Positions 17,077 through 26,725 of a stretch of 63,041 nt of DNA are shown here, piece by piece. Below the pieces are notes generated by a model. The model was not told where the DNA came from, searched no databases, and saw only the letters and a list, made by a program, of their open reading frames with translations. This DNA is from Patescibacteria group bacterium (lineage in GTDB: Bacteria; Patescibacteriota; Minisyncoccia; 2-02-FULL-40-12): NCBI GenBank assembly GCA_038063995.1, contig JBBTUA010000003.1:1-63041 (forward strand). The letters run 5' to 3'. The number at the start of each line of letters is the position of its first letter. The stretch's first letter is position 1. Both the position numbers and the translations under genes were made by a program.

Positions 17077-18606
17077 ATGGAAGATTACTTAAAAATAGGA
17101 AAAGCAAACGAGCTAGCAAACAGAAAAGACCGAATAATTTATCGGTCTTTTGAAATTCTGCCAGGATTTCTGGCTTATTTTAGCATCGCGGCTCTTATCC
17201 TTCTTTCTTTTAAAAGGCCATTTTGGGCCGCGGTCTTTATAATCGCCTTTGATATTTATTGGATTATCCGAATTGCTTATTTTTACTCTCACCTTGCCGC
17301 CGCTTTCAAAGTAATGAAAAAAGTGAAAAAAACGGACTGGCAGGAAAAACTTAAATCAGAAAACCTGGATTGGCAAAAAATTTATCATCTGGTCATCCTT
17401 CCATTCTATAAAGAAGGGGAAGAAGTGGTTATTCCTTCTATCGAATCTTTGGCTGAATCCAATTATCTGGTGAAAGAAAAAATGATCGTGGTCTTGGCCA
17501 GCGAAGACAGAGCCGGCGAAGAAGCTGAAATAATTTCAGAAAAAATAAAAGAGAAATACGGCGGTAAATTTTATCAATTTTTAATTACCAAACATCCCAA
17601 AGATTTGTCCGGCGAATTAGCCGGAAAAGGCTCGAATACTGCCTGGGCCGGAAAAAAAGCCAAAGAATTGATAAATCAGCTTGGTATTCCACATCAAAAT
17701 ATAATTGCTTCATCTTTCGACATCGACACCGTTGTCCCTCCTGATTATTTCAGCCGCTTAACTTACGTATATCTAACTACCGAAGACCCGCTTCACGCCT
17801 CCTATCAGCCGGTGCCTCTTTATTTTAATAACATCTGGGAAGCGCCTTTTCTTTCAAGGATTGCCGCATTTTCAACAACCTTCTGGTCTCTTCTCAACCA
17901 GGAGCGATCCAAAAGACTTAAAACTTTTTCGAGCCACTCGATGCCCTTCAAAGCCTTGGTTGATGTTGATTTTTGGATGACGGATATAGTTACGGAAGAC
18001 AATATTATATTTTTTCAATGCTTTCTTAAATATGACGGCAATTACCGCGTAATCCCTTTGTATTACCCGGTTTATATGGATGCGAATATCGGGGAAAACT
18101 TTTTCCAGACAACAGCCAATGTTTATCGTCAGCACCGCCGGTGGGCCTGGGGCGTTGAAACAATCCCTTATATGCTTTTCGGTTTTCTAAAAAACAAAAA
18201 AATACCGCTTAGAAAAAAAATTGCTCAAGGCTTTGATTACATTGAAAGCTTCTGGTCCTGGGCCACCAGTTCTTTCATTATCGCGATATTTGGATGGCTG
18301 CCGGGAGTGGTTGGGGGCATAGAATTTAAAACCAGCATCTTGGCTCTTAATCTGCCGGATATTACAGGAGGAATCGGGAGTATCGCTATTATTGCCTTGA
18401 TCTTTTCAGCTTTTTTCTCAATCAACCTCTTGTTGATAAAATTCGAAGGATATAAGAAAAGCAGATTTGCCTGGCTGGCCCTTCAATGGCTCTTTACTCC
18501 TTTAATTATGCTCACTTTAATCGCAACTCCGGCTATCGACGCTCAAACCAGATTGATTTTTGGAAAATATATGGGATTTTGGAACACTCCCAAACCAAAG
18601 AAATAA
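17077..18606 (+). CDS. polytopic membrane glycosyltransferase, family 2-like
   Basis: 509 aa; N- and C-terminal TM bundles around a cytoplasmic GT-A-like domain, with a QHRRWAWG motif resembling Q(R/Q)xRW of processive GT2 enzymes. Confidence 0.55.
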   Translation: MEDYLKIGKANELANRKDRIIYRSFEILPGFLAYFSIAALILLSFKRPFWAAVFIIAFDIYWIIRIAYFYSHLAAAFKVMKKVKKTDWQEKLKSENLDWQKIYHLVILPFYKEGEEVVIPSIESLAESNYLVKEKMIVVLASEDRAGEEAEIISEKIKEKYGGKFYQFLITKHPKDLSGELAGKGSNTAWAGKKAKELINQLGIPHQNIIASSFDIDTVVPPDYFSRLTYVYLTTEDPLHASYQPVPLYFNNIWEAPFLSRIAAFSTTFWSLLNQERSKRLKTFSSHSMPFKALVDVDFWMTDIVTEDNIIFFQCFLKYDGNYRVIPLYYPVYMDANIGENFFQTTANVYRQHRRWAWGVETIPYMLFGFLKNKKIPLRKKIAQGFDYIESFWSWATSSFIIAIFGWLPGVVGGIEFKTSILALNLPDITGGIGSIAIIALIFSAFFSINLLLIKFEGYKKSRFAWLALQWLFTPLIMLTLIATPAIDAQTRLIFGKYMGFWNTPKPKK

Positions 18607-20691
18607 CTACTCCAGATGTATTTTTTTGTTAAACTCCTCAAGTTTTTTTAGAATTAAAGGGTATCTTGCGATCTCTTTTAAAATAAGCTTTGACTCTGAT
18701 CTCGCCTGTTTTATTAAATTCACATCAGCCAAAGAAGCCATTGCCAGATCTGGGATTCCTGACTGCTTCGTGCCTGTAAATTCACCCGGACCCCTGATTT
18801 TTAAATCCATTTCCGCCAGCTTGAAGCCGTCGTTGGTTTTTAAAAGCGCCCGTAGCCGGCGAGTCTCCCCGACTAAAGGCGACTCCGTAAAAAGCAGGCA
18901 ATAGCTTTTGTGCTCTCCGCGGCCAACTCTCCCTCGAAACTGATGAAGCTGGGCCAAGCCGAATCTTTCCGCTCCCTCGATCATCATAATCGTGGCGTTG
19001 GGAACATCTACCCCGACTTCGATAACAGATGTCGAAACAAGAATATCAAAATCTCTGTTTTTAAATTTAGACATTATTTCTTCTTTCTCCTTAGACTTCA
19101 TTTTCCCATGCAGCATCGCTACTCTTAAATCCTTAAAAACTTCTTTTGAGAGTTTTTCATATTCTGCCTTTACGGCCTTGACTTCGTATTTTAAGTAATC
19201 TTTAAGAGACAGCTGTTTGTTCTTCGGCTGAAGCTTACTAACAGAGTTTTCGGTGATTTCTATCCTCGGACAAATCACAAAAACCTGCCTTCCTTCTTTG
19301 ATCTGTTCCCGGATAAAATCCTGGGCTTTTTTGCGGTCATCAGGCGGGATCAATTTCGTTTCAATTGGGGTCCGGCCTTTAGGCAGTTCATTTAAAATAG
19401 AGATATCCAAATCCCCGTATATAGTTAAAGCCAAGGTCCGGGGAATCGGTGTGGCTGTCATACTCAAAAGATGAGGCAGAAAAGAACTGTTTTGTTTTTT
19501 CAAAAGAGAGGCTCTCTGCTCGACTCCGAAACGGTGCTGTTCATCAACCACAACCAGCGCCAAATTTTTAAAATCAATGTTTTCCTGAATCAAACTGTGA
19601 GTGCCGATAACAATATCGGCTGAAATCCCTTCTCCTTTTTGGCCTGAAGAAGTTAAAAGCCCTATTTTCAAGTCAAAATCTTTTAAGGCCTTGGAAAAAC
19701 TTTGAAAATGCTGGTTAGCCAGCACTTCTGTCGGCGCCATAATGGCTGACTGATAGCCTGCTTTGGCCGTTTCTAAAGCCGCGGCCATGGCCACAGCGGT
19801 TTTGCCGGATCCGACATCTCCATTCAAAAGCCGGTTCATTGGCCAAGGCTTTTCCAAATCTTTCAATATCTCCCACAAAGCGATTTTCTGGGCTCCGGTA
19901 AGCTCAAAAGGCAAAGAAGAAACAAAATTCTTGATTGCCGCCTGGTTAAATTTTATAGACACCGATTTTTGCCTCTGCATTTTTCTTCTTTCGCTCAAAG
20001 CTTTTAACTGAAGCATAAAAAGCTCGTCAAAGGCGAAACGTCTTCTTGCTTCTTCAGCTTTTTCTAAAGACGAGGGGAAGTGTATTTCTTTCAAAGCAGT
20101 TCTGACATCAAGAATCTTCTGTCTTTCAATAATCTCCTTTGGCAGAAATTCAGGAACTTTATCGGAAAATTTTATTAAAAGAGGCTTGATTAAAAAACGG
20201 AGATAACGGGAGGTAAGACCTTCTGTTTCAGGATAGACCGGGATCAAACCAGCAGTATGTTTTAAATTATCATCTCGAATCTCTGATTTTACCATTTCAT
20301 AAGCCGGATTTTGAAGATACATCCCATATTTATCCGATTTTACTTTTCCTGAAAGACTGAATAATTTTCCCGGCTTTATTGTATTAACCAAAAAAGGCTG
20401 GTTATACCAAACAGCTTTAACCCGGCCCGTTTCATCTTCAATAGAAGCAGTGGTCAAAACCATTCTTCTTGGAAAAATCCTCTTGTTTTCTATCTTTGCC
20501 ACTTTTCCGATTATGGAGATTTTTTCGTTCGGTTTAATATCTTCCACTTTTCCGCTTTCAGTCCAATCATCATATCGAGCCGGAAAATGCCACAGCAAGT
20601 CTTTAATTGTCTTGATGCCCAGCTTTTTTAACTTAGGCAAATAATTCTTGCCTGCATACCTTAAATTTTCAATGGGAGTTTCGAGATTCAT
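18607..20691 (-). CDS. recG: ATP-dependent DNA helicase RecG
   Basis: 694 aa; wedge/OB N-terminus, helicase motifs GDVGSGKT, VVDEQHRFGV, MTATPIPRTL, QLHQFRGRVGRG. Confidence 0.95.
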   Translation of the reverse strand: MNLETPIENLRYAGKNYLPKLKKLGIKTIKDLLWHFPARYDDWTESGKVEDIKPNEKISIIGKVAKIENKRIFPRRMVLTTASIEDETGRVKAVWYNQPFLVNTIKPGKLFSLSGKVKSDKYGMYLQNPAYEMVKSEIRDDNLKHTAGLIPVYPETEGLTSRYLRFLIKPLLIKFSDKVPEFLPKEIIERQKILDVRTALKEIHFPSSLEKAEEARRRFAFDELFMLQLKALSERRKMQRQKSVSIKFNQAAIKNFVSSLPFELTGAQKIALWEILKDLEKPWPMNRLLNGDVGSGKTAVAMAAALETAKAGYQSAIMAPTEVLANQHFQSFSKALKDFDLKIGLLTSSGQKGEGISADIVIGTHSLIQENIDFKNLALVVVDEQHRFGVEQRASLLKKQNSSFLPHLLSMTATPIPRTLALTIYGDLDISILNELPKGRTPIETKLIPPDDRKKAQDFIREQIKEGRQVFVICPRIEITENSVSKLQPKNKQLSLKDYLKYEVKAVKAEYEKLSKEVFKDLRVAMLHGKMKSKEKEEIMSKFKNRDFDILVSTSVIEVGVDVPNATIMMIEGAERFGLAQLHQFRGRVGRGEHKSYCLLFTESPLVGETRRLRALLKTNDGFKLAEMDLKIRGPGEFTGTKQSGIPDLAMASLADVNLIKQARSESKLILKEIARYPLILKKLEEFNKKIHLE

Positions 20692-20762
20692 ATTTATCTT
20701 TGATTTAGCATAAATTTCAGAAAATCAAAACGGCTCAATACGTTGAGCCGTTTTGATATTTA

Positions 20763-20834
20763 CGCCCTCGAGAAGAATCGAACTTCTATTTTGGGATCCG
20801 CAATCCCATGTCCTATCCGTTGAACGACGAGGGC
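20763..20834 (-). tRNA. tRNA-Arg (anticodon GCG)
   Basis: Reverse complement folds: acceptor gccctcg/cgagggc, D-stem gttc/ggac, anticodon arm tggga-ttgcgga-tccca, T-arm agaag-ttcgatt-cttct. Confidence 0.8.
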
Positions 20835-21298
20835 TACAATCCTAGTTTTTTCCTCAATATATCTTCTAATCCTTCTTCGTGTCTTTCTTCGGGCAGATAT
20901 TTTGCCAAAATATCCCTAACTTCCAAAGGATCTAATCCTGGAAGAGGAATTTTAATATAGTAATTGACTAAATTGCCGGTGCATAGACTTAACTCGTGAA
21001 AACCTTCCGGATGATGCTCTATCCAAAAAGAACTCAAATCGCGGTAGTGGTAAAAATTATCTCCGGCTAAAATTCCATGCGGATGAATTTCATACTCCTG
21101 ATGAACCGCTTCCCGCCAAAAGTGCATTGATGTTACCACGGCTAAAGCAAAAAAAGTAATGGCCGTAAGAATACTGGCTTGCCAAAAAAGAGCTAAAAAA
21201 GCCATTGCCACCAATAATATTATTATCCCTTTTCTCCAGGAATGGCTGATAAGTTCATGGTGCTTATCAGGGCCAGTCCAGCTTAAAATACTAGACAT
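20834..21298 (-). CDS. hypothetical membrane protein (154 aa)
   Basis: ORF with two adjacent hydrophobic helices followed by a soluble domain; no family recognised. Confidence 0.55.
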   Translation of the reverse strand: MSSILSWTGPDKHHELISHSWRKGIIILLVAMAFLALFWQASILTAITFFALAVVTSMHFWREAVHQEYEIHPHGILAGDNFYHYRDLSSFWIEHHPEGFHELSLCTGNLVNYYIKIPLPGLDPLEVRDILAKYLPEERHEEGLEDILRKKLGL

Positions 21299-21362
21299 TT
21301 TGATTTACTATGGACTATCAGACTATTATACCTTATTTTTATTGAATAAAGAAACAAATTTT

Positions 21363-21433
21363 GGGCTCGTAGTATAGTGGTAATACACCGCATTCGCATT
21401 GCGGAGACGGCAGTCCGATTCTGCCCGAGTCCA
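21363..21433 (+). tRNA. tRNA-Ala (anticodon CGC)
   Basis: Acceptor gggctcg/cgagtcc with the G3:U70 Ala identity pair; anticodon arm ccgca-ttcgcat-tgcgg; T-arm ggcag-tccgatt-ctgcc. Confidence 0.85.
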
Positions 21434-21498
21434 CTGCTTCGCTAAAGCTACGCAGTGCGCAGCATAAATCCAAGGGATTTTTTTAATTCCGAAGTAAC

Positions 21499-23484
21499 GT
21501 GGAGGAGATTTTCAAAGAACTGAATCAAGGCCAGATTGAAGCGGTCCGGACCACAAAAGGGCCGGTTTTAATTATCGCCGGACCGGGCGCGGGAAAAACA
21601 AAAACCCTAACCCATAGAATCGCTTTTATGATTGGCTCGGGAATCAAACCGGAAAATATTCTAGCTGTTACCTTCACTAATAAAGCCAGCCAAGAAATGA
21701 AAGAACGAGTTAAAAAACTGCTGGGGACTCATCCTTCGACAAGCTCAGGCCGACTAACGGCGATGCCGTTAGTCGGCACATTCCATTCAATCTGCGCAAA
21801 GATCTTGCGAAAAGAAGCTAAAGCTTTGGGCTTTACTAAAAATTTCACTATTTACGACGAAGAAGATCAGTTGAATTTGATTAAAAAAGTTATAGAAGAA
21901 TTGGGGTTCGGGCAGAAAAATTTTAATCCCTACTCGATTCTAAACCGGATTTCAAAATTAAAATCTACTCTTATCGGCCCGGAAGAGTACGAAAAAGAGG
22001 CTGGAAATTATTACGAAAAAACAGTAAGCCAAATTTATTCTGCTTACAAAAAAGAACTTAAAAAAACCAATGCAATGGATTTTGACGATCTTATTTTAAT
22101 GACAGCCAATTTATTTCAAAACCATCCCCAAATTCTAGAAAAATACCAAGAACAATTTAAATATATTCTAGTTGATGAATATCAGGATACCAATGTAAGC
22201 CAGTATTTTTTGGTAAAGATGCTGGCTGGAAAATACGGGAATCTCTTTGCCATTGGAGACACTGACCAATCAATTTATACCTGGCGCTACGCCGACTTCC
22301 GCAATATGCTCAATTTTGAAAAAGATTTTCCGGAAGCCAAAATTATTAGGCTTGAGCAGAATTACCGCTCGACCAAAACAATCCTAGCCGCCGCCCAATC
22401 CCTGATTAAAAATAACAACTACCGCCACGAGAAAGAACTTTGGACTGAAAACGCTGATGGAGAAAAAATCCTGATCGCCAATCCTTACGATGAAAGAGAA
22501 GAAGCCAAATTCATCATTGAAGAAATGAAAGAACTGGTGAAAAAGGGCTATAAGCTCAAAGATTTTGTGATTCTTTACAGAACCCATGCCCAGTCGCGGC
22601 CGATCGAAGAAGAATTTTTAACCCAAGGATTTCCTTATAAAATTATCGGCGCCTTAAAATTCTACGAAAGAAAAGAAATAAAAGACATCTTGGCTTATTT
22701 GAGAATTTTGGCTAACCCAAATGACTTTGCCGCGATGCAAAGAATCTATAATGTCCCGGTCCGGGGAATCGGAAAAACGGCTTTTTTGCGGCTGACCGAA
22801 TTCAGCCGAAAAAATAACTTAGATTTTTTTGAATCCTTATTAAAATCAAAGGAAATCGAAAATCTGCCGCCGAAATCAAAATTCGCCTTATACTCTTTAG
22901 GCAAAACATCGGAAAAAATGGGTAAAAAAGCAAAAGAACTCCAGCTAACTAAACTAATAAAATTCATTACTGACGAAATTGGCTACAAAGAATACTTGGA
23001 CACTAAAACCGAAGAAGGGTATATGCGCTGGGAGAACGTAAAAGAGCTTTTAACCGTGGCTAAAAAATACGATTCTATTCCACCGGAAGAAGCGCTGGTT
23101 AAATTTCTTGAGGAAGTGGCTCTGGTCCAGGAAACCGAGAATATCGACGAAGACCAAAATGTGATCCATATGATGACTCTGCATTCAGCCAAAGGTCTGG
23201 AATTTCCGGTGGTTTTCTTGGTAGGGCTGGAAGAAGGCCTCCTGCCTCACTCGAGAAGTCTTGATAATCCGATTGAAATGGAAGAAGAAAGGCGGCTTTG
23301 CTATGTCGGGATAACCAGAGCCAAAAGAAGGTTATTTATCACTTTCGCCCGCTCAAGAAATATTTTCGGGACATCTTCCAAGGGCATCTCCTCAAGATTT
23401 TTAAACGAGATCCCTCACGAAACAATCGAAACCGCATCTAGCCTGGATCTTCCAAATGACGATGAAATCATTAATTACGCTTAA
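21499..23484 (+). CDS. pcrA: UvrD/PcrA-family ATP-dependent DNA helicase
   Basis: LNQGQIEAV, AGPGAGKT, VTFTNKAS.EM, VDEYQDTN, TLHSAKGLEF, YVGITRA motifs; GTG start. Confidence 0.93.
   Translation: MEEIFKELNQGQIEAVRTTKGPVLIIAGPGAGKTKTLTHRIAFMIGSGIKPENILAVTFTNKASQEMKERVKKLLGTHPSTSSGRLTAMPLVGTFHSICAKILRKEAKALGFTKNFTIYDEEDQLNLIKKVIEELGFGQKNFNPYSILNRISKLKSTLIGPEEYEKEAGNYYEKTVSQIYSAYKKELKKTNAMDFDDLILMTANLFQNHPQILEKYQEQFKYILVDEYQDTNVSQYFLVKMLAGKYGNLFAIGDTDQSIYTWRYADFRNMLNFEKDFPEAKIIRLEQNYRSTKTILAAAQSLIKNNNYRHEKELWTENADGEKILIANPYDEREEAKFIIEEMKELVKKGYKLKDFVILYRTHAQSRPIEEEFLTQGFPYKIIGALKFYERKEIKDILAYLRILANPNDFAAMQRIYNVPVRGIGKTAFLRLTEFSRKNNLDFFESLLKSKEIENLPPKSKFALYSLGKTSEKMGKKAKELQLTKLIKFITDEIGYKEYLDTKTEEGYMRWENVKELLTVAKKYDSIPPEEALVKFLEEVALVQETENIDEDQNVIHMMTLHSAKGLEFPVVFLVGLEEGLLPHSRSLDNPIEMEEERRLCYVGITRAKRRLFITFARSRNIFGTSSKGISSRFLNEIPHETIETASSLDLPNDDEIINYA
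21734..21776 (+). repeat. GC-rich hairpin segment in frame inside pcrA
   Basis: ccttcgacaagctcagg followed by a perfect 13 bp stem gccgactaacggc-gat-gccgttagtcggc. It shares a 15 nt string with 52723-52737. Confidence 0.6.
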
Positions 23485-24274
23485 AAAATCTCTTGGCCAG
23501 AATTTTTTAATCAATCCCCGGATTCTTGATAAAATTGTCAAGACGGCCGAGATTTCAAAGGAAGATATTATCCTGGAAGTGGGCCCGGGAACTGGAAACT
23601 TAACCGAGAAATTAGCTGAAACCCTTCGGCAAAGATCAGGACAAGGAGCCGGAAGAATTATCGCCATCGAAAAAGACCGAAGGCTGATTGAACCGCTTAA
23701 AGAAAAGTTTAAAAACACAAATGTAGAAATAGTTGAAGGCGATATACTCAAATTCAAAAATCAAATTTTAAATTTTAAAGATAATAAGTATAAAATAGTG
23801 GGGAATATCCCATATTATATAACGTCACGTTTCCTTAGGACTATATTTGAAAAATGGCCGCGACCTAAATTAGTTGTGTTAACTATTCAAAAAGAAGTCG
23901 CCCAAAGAATAGTCGCTAAACCCCCGCATATGAATCTACTGGCAGTTTCAATCCAATTCTTCGCTGAACCAAAAATAATCTCTTATATTTCGAAGGAAAA
24001 TTTTAGACCGATTCCAAAAGTTGACTCGGCGATAATAAAACTGACGCCAAGATCTAAATTCTATATTCTAAATTCTAAATCCTTCTTCAATGTTGTCCGA
24101 GCCGGATTTTCTCAAAAAAGGAAATTGCTCGTTTCAAACCTCGAAAAATCAGGCTTTAACAAAAACAGCCTCACGGCAAATTTTAAAAAACTAGGAATAA
24201 ATCCTGAATCCAGGGCCGAAAACTTAAGTATAGGCGAGTGGATAGAACTTTCGAAAATTCTTATAATTAAATAG
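23456..24274 (+). CDS. rsmA: 16S rRNA (adenine1518/1519-N6)-dimethyltransferase
   Basis: LGQNFL, EVGPGTGNLT, GNIPYYITS motifs. Confidence 0.92.
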   Translation: MTMKSLITLKKSLGQNFLINPRILDKIVKTAEISKEDIILEVGPGTGNLTEKLAETLRQRSGQGAGRIIAIEKDRRLIEPLKEKFKNTNVEIVEGDILKFKNQILNFKDNKYKIVGNIPYYITSRFLRTIFEKWPRPKLVVLTIQKEVAQRIVAKPPHMNLLAVSIQFFAEPKIISYISKENFRPIPKVDSAIIKLTPRSKFYILNSKSFFNVVRAGFSQKRKLLVSNLEKSGFNKNSLTANFKKLGINPESRAENLSIGEWIELSKILIIK

Positions 24275-24877
24275 ATGACCCGGAAAAGCATCGTTCTTCT
24301 TACAATTCTTTTTGCGGTTTTCCTGGCGCTTTCCATTTCTGGAAATAGCCCCTCGACTCAAAATCAATCTTTCAAACCCAAGACAGCTAACACTCCGAAA
24401 CCGAATCTTCTGCCTTTAGACTTTAAGACAGACATTCAAGCTGTAAAAAATTTCATATCTCCAACTCCTAGACCGGTTTCAACTCATTCTTTAGCTAATA
24501 AATCGGCCAGCAAATCTTTTGAATCATTAAAAGAATTGCAGAATTCACTGAATATTTCTTTGGATTTAACCAGTGGCGGCAGTCCTTTTGGCGGGAAAGT
24601 AACTTATCTAACAGGCTGCGATAACTATTGCGGTCCGCTTTTTTGCGGCCTAGCCTATGAATTAATTTCTGTCGGCCCTCCAGTTGGCGGCTCATTCACA
24701 TTAACCTATGGAACTTCGGTTTACAGAGAATTCGACGAATCAGTGGGGAATTGGGTTTTGGGCTTAACTACCGGAAACTCTGAAACTTGTTGGCAATGTA
24801 TAGTCACTTTTGAAGGACCGATTTGTGTACCCATTGGAGGAGGAGAAGAAATAAATATAATGGGCACAAGCAACTAA
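24275..24877 (+). CDS. secreted Cys-rich protein, unknown function
   Basis: 200 aa; signal-peptide-like N-terminus (LLTILFAVFLALSISG) and a C-terminal domain with 8 Cys; followed by a terminator. Confidence 0.55.
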   Translation: MTRKSIVLLTILFAVFLALSISGNSPSTQNQSFKPKTANTPKPNLLPLDFKTDIQAVKNFISPTPRPVSTHSLANKSASKSFESLKELQNSLNISLDLTSGGSPFGGKVTYLTGCDNYCGPLFCGLAYELISVGPPVGGSFTLTYGTSVYREFDESVGNWVLGLTTGNSETCWQCIVTFEGPICVPIGGGEEINIMGTSN

Positions 24878-24903
24878 ACTAGCCCTGTTTAGATTATGTT
24901 TAT

Positions 24904-24927
24904 AAACAGGTGACAACCTGTTTTTTT
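24904..24927 (+). terminator. rho-independent terminator
   Basis: aaacaggt-gaca-acctgttt followed by a T-run. Confidence 0.7.
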
Positions 24928-24935
24928 GATATAAT
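24927..24935 (+). promoter_or_regulatory. extended -10 promoter element TGATATAAT
   Basis: TGnTATAAT consensus match immediately after the terminator, ~50 nt upstream of the ATG at 24988. Confidence 0.45.
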
Positions 24936-24987
24936 CAAAGATGTAGATAAACTGCGGGAAAGCGGTGGTTTTTGCCATAGACAGCAT

Positions 24988-26721
24988 ATGCCAACCAAAA
25001 TAAAAATTCTTCTTTTTACAATGATTGCCGGAGCGGGAATAATTGTTTTTTCTGCTTTCACCAATATTAAAAATTACGCAAATTTGGGAGCCAGTATAAA
25101 TAAGACAATTGATGGAAAAACCGTAAATTCTGCAAACCAAATAAATGAATTAAACAAACCGCTTAGCCAAAAAAGCGACATAGACAAAGACGGGCTCTTT
25201 GATGAAGAAGAGCCAATCTACCGGTCAGATCCGTTAAACCCGGATACTGACGGTGACGGCTTTCTTGACGGCGAAGAAGTTGCGGCCGGGTGCAGCCCTA
25301 TTTCCGCATCACAGAAAGATTGCCAGCTTAAACCGGGAATCAGCCAGACCAATCTCAACCTAACTGAATATTTTACTTCTCTCATAGTCGGCGGCTTTTT
25401 ATCCAAAGATCTTGATAAATCGGATCCTGGCTACTTGAAACATATTGATTCATTGGTTCAAGAAGCTTCCCAAATTAAAAAAACTCTTCTTTCCGCAGAT
25501 CAGCCTGATTTTGAAAAACAGAATTCAAATAAGCCGGAGTTATCAAATCAGGAATACCTAAATCAGTTTGAAAATATTTTAAGAAACCATTTTTTAAAAA
25601 AGAAGCCCAAAGGAATTCAAGCAAACTCTGACTTTGATTACTCGCCGTATCTGAAAGATGCGGGAACAACTTATGAAAAGCTGGCTAAGCTAAACTCGCC
25701 CAAAGAACTGGCTGAATTTCATAAAGAATCTCTGAATTTCTTTTATCAGCTGAAAAGTTATTTTTCGAATCTTCAAAATAAAGATGGGGACCCGATCAAA
25801 GCGCTTTTAAGTTTAGAGCAAACCGAACAGCTAACGGATAAATATAGAGCTTTCTTGAGTATCCTTCCGTTGCCAGGGATAGTGGTTCCGGTTGATGATG
25901 CCAGAGCAATACAGCTTTTGCATAATTTAAGAGATAAAGAACTAATAGACGATCCTGCTCAAAGAGCATTAGCCTCGGAAAACTTAAATTTAGCTACAAC
26001 TGAAATAATCCGCTTACTTCAGGCAATGGGCAGAAAAGGAGATATAAATGATACCGGCACTTTAAATATTTTCGTAGATAACTGGAGAAATTTTTCTCTT
26101 GAGGGCCAGTACCGGGCCGAAGATTTCTGGAGAGGCCTTCTTGATATAGCAGCAAACGGAACAGACACGGGAGTCCCCCCTCTGCTTTGCGACCATATAA
26201 GGAACAGCGAGGCCTTTAATGCGCTCCGTCCAAGAAAAATTGATAACCTAATCGAGAGCGGAATTCAAAGAAGAGTCGGTTCCTTACAGGAATACCTTGT
26301 CGCAACAAAATGCGATACTTTTGTTGATAAAAACTATGATATTTTTATGCAAGACTTTTCTGCCGGCGGAGGCTGGGATATGTGGTTTAAGTTAATTGAA
26401 CCGCAAAACAATATTTTCGGGGCAATTGATCTTGCTCTAGGTGAATTGAATCGACAAAGACAGGTCGAAGAACAATCTGATCTCCAAGAAGCAAATTCAG
26501 GCAGCGGCTATCTAGGCAGAAGACAATGTCTCTCCACTGGCTCCTCGGGGCAATGTGTCATATGGAGTCCTGTTAATATTCCGGCAAATCTAGCGGTCGA
26601 GGTATTGGGAGCGCTATTAAATCAAAATCTGGGCTGGATAGTTGCCACAGATGAAGCCGGGGAAGGATTTGGAATCGAAATAAACCAGGTAATAGAAGCG
26701 ATTTTCGGACCGCAGGAATAA
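24988..26721 (+). CDS. large membrane-anchored/secreted protein with acidic Ca-binding-type repeats
   Basis: N-terminal TM helix (ILLFTMIAGAGIIVFSAF). DKDGLFDEEE..DPLNPDTDGDGFLDGEE resembles thrombospondin type-3-like repeats; the rest is unassignable. The track start 24910 (GTG) lies in the terminator, so the ATG at 24988 is preferred. Confidence 0.6.
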   Translation: MPTKIKILLFTMIAGAGIIVFSAFTNIKNYANLGASINKTIDGKTVNSANQINELNKPLSQKSDIDKDGLFDEEEPIYRSDPLNPDTDGDGFLDGEEVAAGCSPISASQKDCQLKPGISQTNLNLTEYFTSLIVGGFLSKDLDKSDPGYLKHIDSLVQEASQIKKTLLSADQPDFEKQNSNKPELSNQEYLNQFENILRNHFLKKKPKGIQANSDFDYSPYLKDAGTTYEKLAKLNSPKELAEFHKESLNFFYQLKSYFSNLQNKDGDPIKALLSLEQTEQLTDKYRAFLSILPLPGIVVPVDDARAIQLLHNLRDKELIDDPAQRALASENLNLATTEIIRLLQAMGRKGDINDTGTLNIFVDNWRNFSLEGQYRAEDFWRGLLDIAANGTDTGVPPLLCDHIRNSEAFNALRPRKIDNLIESGIQRRVGSLQEYLVATKCDTFVDKNYDIFMQDFSAGGGWDMWFKLIEPQNNIFGAIDLALGELNRQRQVEEQSDLQEANSGSGYLGRRQCLSTGSSGQCVIWSPVNIPANLAVEVLGALLNQNLGWIVATDEAGEGFGIEINQVIEAIFGPQE

Positions 26722-26725
26722 ATTT

